DNA of 29,910 bases, taken from assembly GCA_964473825.1 (NCBI GenBank), contig CAYYQL010000033.1, positions 1-29,910 on the forward strand, given 5' to 3'. The notes beneath the pieces were generated by a model, which did not search any database, was not told the DNA's origin, and saw only the letters and a list, made by a program, of their open reading frames with translations. Both the position numbers and the translations under genes were made by a program. The stretch is from an uncultured archaeon. Lineage in GTDB: Archaea; Asgardarchaeota; Thorarchaeia; Thorarchaeales; Thorarchaeaceae. This document shows positions 18,892 to 27,283 of this stretch, one piece after another (position 1 is the first letter of the stretch; the number at the start of each line of letters is the position of its first letter).

Positions 18892-21207
18892 TTGAGCGGA
18901 ACTGAGTCCTTCGTCAGGACTAAACTAATCAGGAAGGGCAGCATAGAATATCGTACATACCAGGTTGGCCTAGCTGATATAGCATCCAAGAAGAGCACGC
19001 TCATAGTCTTAAGCACCGGGCTCGGAAAGACCATAATTGCAGCGCTTGTTGCTGCCAAGAGGCTCTTGGAACACGAGGGCTCAAAAGTGGTCTTCTTGGC
19101 CCCTTCCAGACCACTGGTTGATCAACAGACGAGATTTCTGAAACGAGTCATTGATATTGACTCTGCCAGTATTGTATGCCTAACAGGTCAAGACTCTCCC
19201 GATGAAAGAGCCGCCATATGGAGAGATGCACGGGTCATTGCCATGACTCCGCAGGCCCTCCAGAATGACTTGATACAGAGAAGCTATAATCTTGAAGATG
19301 TGTCGCTGATAGTATACGATGAGGCTCACAGGGGAGTCGGAAACTATGCATACACCTTTGTTGCAGAGCTTTACGAGATGCAGGGGAACAACAGACTCTC
19401 ACTGGGGTTGACAGCCTCACCAGGTCACAGGACAGAAGATATCCGGACCGTATGCGATAATCTACGATTGGAACACGTAGAGGTAAGAAGTGAAACAAGT
19501 CCTGATGTGAAGCAGTACATAGTGTCGATAGACAGAGACATTCGCTATCTCCATCTTCCATCCGAAGTAGAGGTGTTGCGAGATATCCTGTATGGGCTGC
19601 TAGAAGAATACGCACGTCCTGTGCGAAACTACGGGTTCTCACTGCCCGATAGCAGACGTATGAGTCGAAGAGACATTCTAAAGACACAGGGCCAAGTGAG
19701 AAGAGAAATAGGATCATATACGAAACCCCCCAGTCACCTCTTTCTCCTTATCAGGAACCTCACTGCTGCCATCAGGATTGTGTATCTTCTAGAGTTCATA
19801 GGAACTCAAGGTCTTGCCCCAACACAGAGATACATCCAAGGTATGTACGAGGAAGTTCGAAACAAGAAGAGCTCTAAGGGGGTCAAGGACCTCATGTCTC
19901 GCAGCGAGTTCAAACAGTTTGAGAGCCTTCTACAAGCACTGATTGCAAAAGGGTACAGACATCCAAAGGCAGATGCCATACTTGAGATTGTAAGTGAACA
20001 GCTTTCATCCGACATGGACTCTAGAATTCTTATATTCACGAGATTCAGGGACACAGCAGCAGAAGTAGTTGAAGTCCTTGAACAGCTTGATGATGTTCGC
20101 GTTAGCAGATTTGTGGGGCAGAGCTCGAGAAGCTTGGACAAAGGATTCACTCAGAAGAAACAGGTTGAGATTCTAGACGGCTTTCGAAACAACGAGTTCA
20201 ATGTGCTGGTCGCAACACAGGTCGGAGAGGAGGGACTAGACATTCCTGAGTGTAACCTCGTAGTCTTTTATGACTGCGTTCCGTCCATAGTGCCCTATAT
20301 TCAACGCAGAGGAAGGACCGGAAGAAGAGTTCCAGGACGCGTAGTGATATTTGTGGCAAAGGGAACCCATGATGAATACTATCACTGGAGTGTGGTGAGC
20401 AAGCTGAAGAAGATGCCAGAGGCACTCAAGGAGACTGAGGAAGGCGAAGAGAGCTCGCAGACCAATCTCGAGGAGTATGTCTTAGAGGAAACAGTCGAAG
20501 ACCAGCCAGAGATTAGGATACTAAAGGCGCACACAAAGGATGAACGAGTCCGTTTAATCGTAGATTCGCGAGAGCTTCCTACTGCAGTCCCCCGAGAATT
20601 GACACGCCTTGGTGTCGAGATATCAGGAGAATCACTCCAGATTGGTGACTACATAGCATCCGAAGAGGTTGGAATCGAGAGAAAAGAGAGCGGAGATTTC
20701 CTTCAGTCACTTATCGATGGTAGACTGTTTTCACAACTGAACTCGCTTCGTTCCGCCTATAGAAGAGCTGTCTTAATCATAGAGGGAGAACAACTAACGG
20801 GTCAAAGAGCAATAAATCCTGCATCGATATACGGGGCTCTTGCATCGATAGCGATTAGAATCCAAGTACCCATCATCTGGACGAAAGACGCAGAACAAAC
20901 TGCCCAGGTATTATACAGGATTGCCAGAATGGAACAGATTGACGAGAATAGGCCATTGCGTACACGCACAGGTGACACCAAGAGCTCGGATGCAGAAACA
21001 TTGGAATACATTCTCTCAGGTTTTCCCTTTGTTGATACTGTCACGTCACGGGCCATCTTCGAGAGATTTGGCACGCTTGAACGCATATTCAGTGCCTCAG
21101 AGAAAGAACTCAAGGAAGTAAAGGGTGTTGGACCTAAGATTGCAGGAAGAGTAAAGCGACTGCTGCGTACGATTCATCCCATATACAAGAAGTCGGAAGA
21201 AGACTAG
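18892..21207 (+). CDS. hef: Hef helicase/nuclease (FANCM/Mph1 SF2 helicase + ERCC4/XPF nuclease + HhH)
   Basis: 'STGLGKT', 'DEAH', 'TASPG', 'VGEEGLDIP', 'QRRGRTGR'; ERCC4 'VDSRE', 'GDY', 'ERKESGD'; C-terminal HhH 'VKGVGPKIA'. TTG start. Confidence 0.95.
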   Translation: MSGTESFVRTKLIRKGSIEYRTYQVGLADIASKKSTLIVLSTGLGKTIIAALVAAKRLLEHEGSKVVFLAPSRPLVDQQTRFLKRVIDIDSASIVCLTGQDSPDERAAIWRDARVIAMTPQALQNDLIQRSYNLEDVSLIVYDEAHRGVGNYAYTFVAELYEMQGNNRLSLGLTASPGHRTEDIRTVCDNLRLEHVEVRSETSPDVKQYIVSIDRDIRYLHLPSEVEVLRDILYGLLEEYARPVRNYGFSLPDSRRMSRRDILKTQGQVRREIGSYTKPPSHLFLLIRNLTAAIRIVYLLEFIGTQGLAPTQRYIQGMYEEVRNKKSSKGVKDLMSRSEFKQFESLLQALIAKGYRHPKADAILEIVSEQLSSDMDSRILIFTRFRDTAAEVVEVLEQLDDVRVSRFVGQSSRSLDKGFTQKKQVEILDGFRNNEFNVLVATQVGEEGLDIPECNLVVFYDCVPSIVPYIQRRGRTGRRVPGRVVIFVAKGTHDEYYHWSVVSKLKKMPEALKETEEGEESSQTNLEEYVLEETVEDQPEIRILKAHTKDERVRLIVDSRELPTAVPRELTRLGVEISGESLQIGDYIASEEVGIERKESGDFLQSLIDGRLFSQLNSLRSAYRRAVLIIEGEQLTGQRAINPASIYGALASIAIRIQVPIIWTKDAEQTAQVLYRIARMEQIDENRPLRTRTGDTKSSDAETLEYILSGFPFVDTVTSRAIFERFGTLERIFSASEKELKEVKGVGPKIAGRVKRLLRTIHPIYKKSEED

Positions 21208-21872
21208 TAGACCTTGGGGTTTCGTCCTTTGCCCTCTCGAAAGGCCTTTCTGAAGAAGTCAGTGACTTGGCGACTTACCGTCCAGTATCGTTCGTAGTCG
21301 TGGTCATCGAGGTAAAGAATGCTCAGAATTCTTCTCAGAGCGATATATACCTCTGGATCAATTGCCGACACCTGTTCTAGTGTGTCCTCTGCGCTCTTAC
21401 GGCCCTTCCTCCAGAGAGAATCCCATTCAATAAACTGATCTACTATCCTCTTGAGAGTCTCCTCATCTGGAATGGCAAAGCCAAGTCCTCTCATGACCTC
21501 AATGATGTCTAATGAGGTACTGATGTCCGCTGGAGGACGCTCAGGTAACGCTGCCAAATTTCCAGTAGCAAGGAATATGTTCTCTGCTGTCGCGCGCCAC
21601 AGCTTCTTGAGAATGTGAGTGTCCCCATTTCCTGCAGGTTCGTATCCATCCTGTTTGACAAGCCCACTCCGTTCCAGCTCCTTCAGATGATAGCGGACTG
21701 TCTGCGGCTTAATCGTATTATCCGGGTCCTTTTTGGCAAGGAAATCTACTAGTTCAGATGTTGACATACGTCTTGCCTTGAGTGCGTACAATATACGACG
21801 GCGACTCTCATCATTCAATGCATGGACTGCTGCAACGGCCTCTTCACCGGTGAGTATTTTCAGAGTGTCCAT
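21204..21872 (-). CDS. ArsR-like winged-helix transcriptional regulator with C-terminal helical domain
   Basis: 'ALNDESRRRILYAL...MSTSEL...QTVRYHLKELERSGLV'. Start moved to ATG 21872 after GGAGA. Confidence 0.8.
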   Translation of the reverse strand: MDTLKILTGEEAVAAVHALNDESRRRILYALKARRMSTSELVDFLAKKDPDNTIKPQTVRYHLKELERSGLVKQDGYEPAGNGDTHILKKLWRATAENIFLATGNLAALPERPPADISTSLDIIEVMRGLGFAIPDEETLKRIVDQFIEWDSLWRKGRKSAEDTLEQVSAIDPEVYIALRRILSILYLDDHDYERYWTVSRQVTDFFRKAFREGKGRNPKVY

Positions 21873-22010
21873 GTTCTTGTCTCCGATGTCTTGAGTCAGA
21901 GCTCGTGACAGTGCTGCCAGCCCTGACGCCTCTTTGTCAGTATCTAACCATACCCCCAAACAGAATCCCACCCTATTAGAGTGTCATGATTCCCGAACGT
22001 AGACGTGTGT

Positions 22011-22256
22011 CTATGCCGGAACGTAGATCCACTGGCGCATATCTTGTAGGCAGGGTACTCTCTTGATTAGTCTCTTTTTCAACAGTTTCCGAAGAGCGTA
22101 TCTGACAGTTCGTGGTGCAAAAGACACCTTATCCAGTAGCTGCTTTGGAGTAACTCCATTTTTCCCGCTGCTTCTAAGGATGTCAAGTACTATCATCTGA
22201 CTCTTTGTAAGCTTAATATCTTTCAATTCTTCTTGAAGTTCTTTATCGGTCATCAT
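22011..22256 (-). CDS. Small basic winged-helix (MarR-like) DNA-binding protein
   Basis: 'LTKSQMIVLDIL...GVTPKQLL.....RTVRYALRKLLKKRLIKRVP..QDMRQWIY'. Start moved to ATG 22256 after AGGAG. Confidence 0.82.
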   Translation of the reverse strand: MMTDKELQEELKDIKLTKSQMIVLDILRSSGKNGVTPKQLLDKVSFAPRTVRYALRKLLKKRLIKRVPCLQDMRQWIYVPA

Positions 22257-22521
22257 TTTTCGTTTCGTTCTCCTATTGTAAATTGATCCCGATAGCCTGA
22301 CACGGGATGCCTGTTTCAGCATCGCGTCACACCATGTATCATTAATATCACATTTATGTATATTAAGTTATCGCAGTTCAGAGTAACCTAACGCGGTAAC
22401 AGACCGCGCAATAAAACAAACTTTTAAATAAAAGATGGGCAAAGCCTTCTGATGGTTACGACTTGTAACTAGCAAGGCGCCAAACGCTTTAATCGCACCA
22501 TGACGCATCACCAGATGACTC

Positions 22522-23799
22522 ATGATGAAAGCAGCCGTACTAGCCGCTGGCGATTCTACACGGATGAAACCCTTGTCGGCATACAGACCAAAGCACCTGC
22601 TCCCCATTGCCGGAAAGCCCCTCATACACCACACTCTGCACTCATTGGCACAAGCAGGCGTACAAGAGACCCTGATCATATATGGTTACAGAGGGATGGA
22701 GTTGAAAGAGAATATTGACTCGCATGATTGGGGAGAAATGAATATCTCGTATGTGGAGCAAGAGGAGAGGAAAGGTACGGCACATGCAGCGTCCTATGCG
22801 CGGGACTTTGCAGGTGATGACAACGTATTGCTCATGAACGGAGATGTTCTTGTTGGCTCCGGTTCGTTTCGAGCACTAATAGAGCATCATAACAAGTCTG
22901 ATGCAGAAATGACTCTGTGTGTTGCATCGATGGAAGACCCCACGGCATATGGAATTGTAGTGGAGGAAGATGGACACGCTCTAGATATCATTGAGAAACC
23001 GTCTAGAGACCAACTAGTGAGTAATCTAGTCAATGTGGGAATCTACGTTGCTGGGTCAGCACTATGGGATGCAATTGAGAAGACTGGCCTCTCCAGCCGG
23101 GGCGAGTACGAAATCACCGATTCTATCAAGATCCTAATTGAAGCAGGAGACGTTACTGTATGCAAGCTGTCAACTTGGTGGAAAGACATCGGTAAGCCTT
23201 GGGACTTGCTGACGGCAAACGAGCTTGTTCTGAAAGAGGGCGAAGGAAGAACAGAGGGGGATATCGAGAAAGGAGCAGTTGTTCGTGGCAAGGTGGTCAT
23301 AGAGGAGGGAGCAACAGTTAGAGCAGGAGCATATATCACGGGGCCCTCGTATATTTCGAGCGGGTGTGTAGTGGGTCCCAACTGCTACATTCGCCCTCAT
23401 ACTTACTTGAGCCACGGAGTGAAAGTTGGCAACGCAGTAGAGGTCAAGAATTCGGTCATAATGGAGAACTCAAGTATAGGACACTTGTCATATGTTGGCG
23501 ACTCAGTAATAGGTAGGAATGTAAACTTTGGAGCCGGGACTATCACAGCCAATCTCAGGCATGATAACGAATCCGTCTGGGTCACGGTAAAGGGGGATCG
23601 TACTGACTCTGGACGACGAAAACTTGGGACCATTATTGGTGACAACGTCAAGACCGGAATAGGGACATTGTTGTCCCCCGGAGTTGTCTTGAACGAGGAC
23701 TCGCAAACAGGCATGGGTGTCATCGTGGACCAGGATGTTGGCGTCGGAGAATTGTTGATTGCCGAACAGCCCACACGTAGGTTGAAGAGAAAACAGTGA
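22522..23799 (+). CDS. glmU: Bifunctional sugar-1-phosphate nucleotidyltransferase/acetyltransferase (archaeal GlmU-like)
   Basis: 'AVLAAGDSTRMKPL...PKHLLPIAGKP', 'EKP', 'RGEYEITD', hexapeptide left-handed beta-helix 'GPNCYIRP', 'HLSYVGDS', 'GAGTITANLRHD'. Confidence 0.88.
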   Translation: MMKAAVLAAGDSTRMKPLSAYRPKHLLPIAGKPLIHHTLHSLAQAGVQETLIIYGYRGMELKENIDSHDWGEMNISYVEQEERKGTAHAASYARDFAGDDNVLLMNGDVLVGSGSFRALIEHHNKSDAEMTLCVASMEDPTAYGIVVEEDGHALDIIEKPSRDQLVSNLVNVGIYVAGSALWDAIEKTGLSSRGEYEITDSIKILIEAGDVTVCKLSTWWKDIGKPWDLLTANELVLKEGEGRTEGDIEKGAVVRGKVVIEEGATVRAGAYITGPSYISSGCVVGPNCYIRPHTYLSHGVKVGNAVEVKNSVIMENSSIGHLSYVGDSVIGRNVNFGAGTITANLRHDNESVWVTVKGDRTDSGRRKLGTIIGDNVKTGIGTLLSPGVVLNEDSQTGMGVIVDQDVGVGELLIAEQPTRRLKRKQ

Positions 23800-25337
23800 C
23801 CGGAGTCAATCGCACCATGGAGAAACTACAAGAGTACAATGTGTACCGAAAAGACTTGAGAGACGTCCCGGTGCTCTTTGGCTTCTGTTATCCTTCAACC
23901 TATCGGGCAGGAATGACAGGTCTTGCAACTCATCTCTTCTATTCACTCCTTAATCTGAGAGATGATACCTCCTGTGAGAGATACTTCAGATTCGATACAG
24001 AAAGTCCAGTGCAATCAGTGGAGTCAGGTCGCTCCCTTCGGGACAACCACATGGTTGGTTTCTCGCTGACCTACGAAGAAGACATCTTGAATCTGGTGGA
24101 GATGCTGAGAGTCGGCGGAATCCCAGAAAGACGAGATGATCGTCGGCCTGAGGACCCAATCGTACTCCTTGGAGGACCCGTTGTCAGTGCAAACCCTGTC
24201 CCATACTCCATCATTGGCGATGCCCTGATGATCGGAGAGGGAGACATGGCTATTCATGATATCGTGAATTCAGTTAGAGACTCCAGCAGTAGGAGCGACG
24301 CACTCGCTGCGATGACATCAATAGGGGGGCTCTATCTACCGGATATCGGGCCTCTTGTTGTCCAGAGAAGAATTCATTCAGACATAGACAGCCTGTTCTA
24401 TCCCACAGCACAAGTGGTGCCGATAGTTGACTCGGAGTCGCAATATGAACCGGTCTTCGGCCCATCTCTGTTGACAGAGGTGACCAGAGGGTGCGGACAT
24501 ACTTGCAAGTTCTGCCTGATAGGCCACATCTGTAGACCGCGTCGTTCACGTTCTCTAAAGAGACTCAAGGAGATTGTAGAAGCAGGTCTCGACCAGACCC
24601 CGGTTTCCAAAATCGCGCTGATCGGTTCCTCAATGGGTGATATGGCTCGGCTTGAAGAATTCACAACATGGATTGTCAATAAAGGACTCGCCTTGTCTAC
24701 CCCCTCACTTCGGGCAGACGCGGTATCCGAGATTCTCTTGGATAATATGGTAAAAGGGGGGCAACGTACGCTCACTATTGCGCCAGAAACTGGCTCTGAG
24801 CAGCTGCGGAACATGATAGGCAAGGGCCTTGCAGATGAAGATATCATGAATGCTGCACGGCTTGCAGAGAGTGCCGGAATCAGATTTCTCAAACTGTATT
24901 TCATCATAGGATTGCCCGGCGAGAGCGACGAAGATGTCGCTGCCATAGCTAATTTAGTCCAAGAAATCACAAAGACGACAAGCACGATTGTAACAGTAAG
25001 TGTCAATCCTTTTGTTCCAAAAGCAAATACTGCTTTTCAGAGGTTTCCACAGCCAGCACTAGATGAAATACGTAGAAAACTGAAGATTGTGGATTCTCAA
25101 CTAAGAAGGGTACCACGGGCAAATCTTGAAACACTTGACCCTAGATCTGCTCGCATTCAAGCGGCTCTATCGTTGGGTGATGAATCGACAGGGGAAGTTG
25201 CCATTGCTGCATCAAAATATGGAGGATATTCGGGGTGGCGAAGAGCCGAGAAGGAAACTGGGATCAGTTTCTTCTCCTTGGCAAGTGATGGCGATCGTCT
25301 GGAGGGGAGGCTCCCTTGGTCATTCATCCGAACCTAG
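23796..25337 (+). CDS. Radical SAM protein with N-terminal B12-binding-like domain
   Basis: CxxxCxxC 'RGCGHTCKFC', 'YPSTYRAGMTGL', 'PSLRAD', 'TIAPETGSEQLR', 'KLYFIIGLPGE', 'NPFVPKANT'. GTG start overlaps the glmU stop (alternative ATG 23817). Confidence 0.88.
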   Translation: MTGVNRTMEKLQEYNVYRKDLRDVPVLFGFCYPSTYRAGMTGLATHLFYSLLNLRDDTSCERYFRFDTESPVQSVESGRSLRDNHMVGFSLTYEEDILNLVEMLRVGGIPERRDDRRPEDPIVLLGGPVVSANPVPYSIIGDALMIGEGDMAIHDIVNSVRDSSSRSDALAAMTSIGGLYLPDIGPLVVQRRIHSDIDSLFYPTAQVVPIVDSESQYEPVFGPSLLTEVTRGCGHTCKFCLIGHICRPRRSRSLKRLKEIVEAGLDQTPVSKIALIGSSMGDMARLEEFTTWIVNKGLALSTPSLRADAVSEILLDNMVKGGQRTLTIAPETGSEQLRNMIGKGLADEDIMNAARLAESAGIRFLKLYFIIGLPGESDEDVAAIANLVQEITKTTSTIVTVSVNPFVPKANTAFQRFPQPALDEIRRKLKIVDSQLRRVPRANLETLDPRSARIQAALSLGDESTGEVAIAASKYGGYSGWRRAEKETGISFFSLASDGDRLEGRLPWSFIRT

Positions 25338-25433
25338 CGGCGGATTACTATCGGGATAGCTGTTATAAGCATCTGCGGGAAATATCCTTGTGAAAACAGA
25401 CCTTTGAACCCAATTCAAGAACTGGTGTATTGG

Positions 25434-25775
25434 ATGCCTATGAACAAAGACTTCGAAGATACATTCCCCGCATTGAGCAAGGAACTCCAGAACGGAGAAA
25501 CCCAAAAGAGAAGGATAGATGGAGTGCGTCATAGTATGAAGGACGACGTTGATACGGAAGAGAAAAAAACGTTCTTACCGGATGCTGTGGACTACATACG
25601 AAGATGTGATACCGCATCTCAAGCTCGAGAAATCATAGACTACCTAGTCGAGCAGGGGGAGGTGTCCAGCTCTGATGCTCGAGAGATGAAGATACAACTT
25701 AAGAGTGAGGGGCTTCGAAGCTTCGGCAGTAAGAAGGAGAAGGGACATTATCTCCGGTTTGGATTAGAAGAATAA
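25434..25775 (+). CDS. DUF2095 family protein
   Basis: 'F...FPAL.KEL', 'PDAVDYIRRCDT..QA.EIIDYL...GE', 'GLRSFGSKKE.G.Y'. Start moved to ATG 25434. Confidence 0.82.
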   Translation: MPMNKDFEDTFPALSKELQNGETQKRRIDGVRHSMKDDVDTEEKKTFLPDAVDYIRRCDTASQAREIIDYLVEQGEVSSSDAREMKIQLKSEGLRSFGSKKEKGHYLRFGLEE

Positions 25776-26018
25776 GGCCCTCCTAAGGCAGAGTAGTCTT
25801 AGTAGGATGTTTGTTTTGAGGATGTCGAGATTCCGGTCTGGTAAAACGCGGATGATCTCCACAACATAGGACTCCCAGATGTGCCCGTGCTGTCCCATGG
25901 ACGAACATCACTCAGATATCCAAGAGGGCACATCCTATATCTAACCATAGTCAAAACATATCTCTTGGAATTGGAGGTTGGTCTAATCCCTTCAAACAGC
26001 CAGCACAACAGATGCAAG

Positions 26019-26540
26019 CTAGAGCCAGTGAGATATTTGAAAGAAGACGATGACAGGTGCGAGTAGCAGTGCTCTCACTATCAGTGACTGTCCTCTATTC
26101 TTCAGCTCTCTGGAGGAGGGCGTGAAATAAAGAATGGCGCCCGCCAGTATTGCCACAGCAACCATGATTTGTGCCAGAAACAGTAGCGGTGCTACCAGAT
26201 CCGTATCACTCATACCGAGTAGTGACAACCACGCATGGGTGGCGGTTTCCAACGTGATACCACCGATACCTGCAAGCCCGGCAAATAGGGTAACAAGATA
26301 GGGGCCAATGAAGTAAAGGGCGACTCCGACTACAACCAATATCTTGGCTAGTGAATCACTTAAGGAAGAAACGAATACCATAAGGCCTGCAAGAATCAGG
26401 ATGAAATACCCTCTGATGGATAGTGCATAAAGAACGTTGAATACAAAAGTAACGATATCGAGCCAAGACTGAAGTTGCTCATCTGGCAATGGCATCTGCA
26501 TCAGCGATGCCCAGAGTAAGACATCGTCCATTACATTCAC
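26019..26540 (-). CDS. Membrane protein with two helical-hairpin repeats (VirB2/CedA1-like pilin candidate)
   Basis: Four to five TM segments arranged as two similar units: 'ILILAGLMVFVSSLSDSLAKILVVVGVAL' and 'VAILAGAILYFTPSSRELKNRGQSLIVRALL'. The confidence is for the CDS; the pilin call is weaker. Confidence 0.7.
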   Translation of the reverse strand: MNVMDDVLLWASLMQMPLPDEQLQSWLDIVTFVFNVLYALSIRGYFILILAGLMVFVSSLSDSLAKILVVVGVALYFIGPYLVTLFAGLAGIGGITLETATHAWLSLLGMSDTDLVAPLLFLAQIMVAVAILAGAILYFTPSSRELKNRGQSLIVRALLLAPVIVFFQISHWL

Positions 26541-26574
26541 GGCATTAAGTGACTACAGAGGAATATAACCACCG

Positions 26575-27126
26575 CTACTCAAGTTCCTCCATTAGAAGCT
26601 GAAAGTCCATCTCAATCTGCGATCTTACCTTCGGAGATCTAAGAGCTGCTGCAGGATGATACGTTATGAAGTAGGTATTACCATCTGCCTCATAGAAGCT
26701 ACCGTGCGCATCAGAAATCTTCCAAGGTCCTATCAGAGATGAGGTTGCGACCCCTCCAAGTAATACAATGATGTCGAGTTGAATTATCTCGATCTGTCTA
26801 TCAAGGTACGGAATACATGCCTCAATTTCGTCCTTCCGGGGAGTTCTGTTCTCTGGTGGTCTAGACTTTAGAATAGATGTGACGAACACCCTCCCCCGAG
26901 GAAGTCCAATCTTGTTCAATAAATCAGTGAGCAGCTTACCAGACGACCCGACGAAGGGACGGCCAGTCTCGTCCTCTGTCTTCCCTGGCGCCTCCCCCAC
27001 AAGCATGACGTGAGCATCTATAGGTCCCTCTCCCGGAACTGCGTTTTTTCGTGTCTTATGTAGATCACACTTTGTGCAGTTCCTGATCGCCCTGTGTAGA
27101 TCTTCAAGTGACTCTTACCTGCTCAT
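26575..27126 (-). CDS. udg: Family 4 uracil-DNA glycosylase with an in-frame TAA at codon 4 (possible pseudogene)
   Basis: 'GEAPGKTEDETGRPFVG' motif A and 'TYHPAAALR' motif B. Upstream of the track start 27006 the frame continues 'ESLEDLHRAIRNCTKCDLHKTRKNAVPGEG' back to ATG-AGC-AGG-TAA at 27126-27115. Confidence 0.88.
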
Positions 27127-27283
27127 TATAGACCGCATTGAGATGGGCTTTGCGACTAAAAAGGACAACTAAACCGATAACATTGCGAGGAGAGCTTGAG
27201 GCTCTGCTTACGCTTGTACGAAATAGACCTTAAAAGCAGAATCAATGAATCATCAGATAATAGCTCTAGGAGTTGCAGAAGAC

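Noticed and set aside
19235-20425. Antisense ORFs (160, 114 and 75 aa) within hef, and similar ones within cdc48, glmU, the radical SAM gene and the GPT gene
   Set aside because: They lie fully opposite well-supported genes and show no motifs, as expected for shadow ORFs at this GC content.
25776-26018. 72-aa minus-strand and 61-aa plus-strand ORFs and a weak hairpin in the gap between DUF2095 and the pilin-like gene
   Set aside because: No recognisable domain or clear SD in any frame I translated, and the hairpin is short and imperfect. A small gene cannot be excluded.
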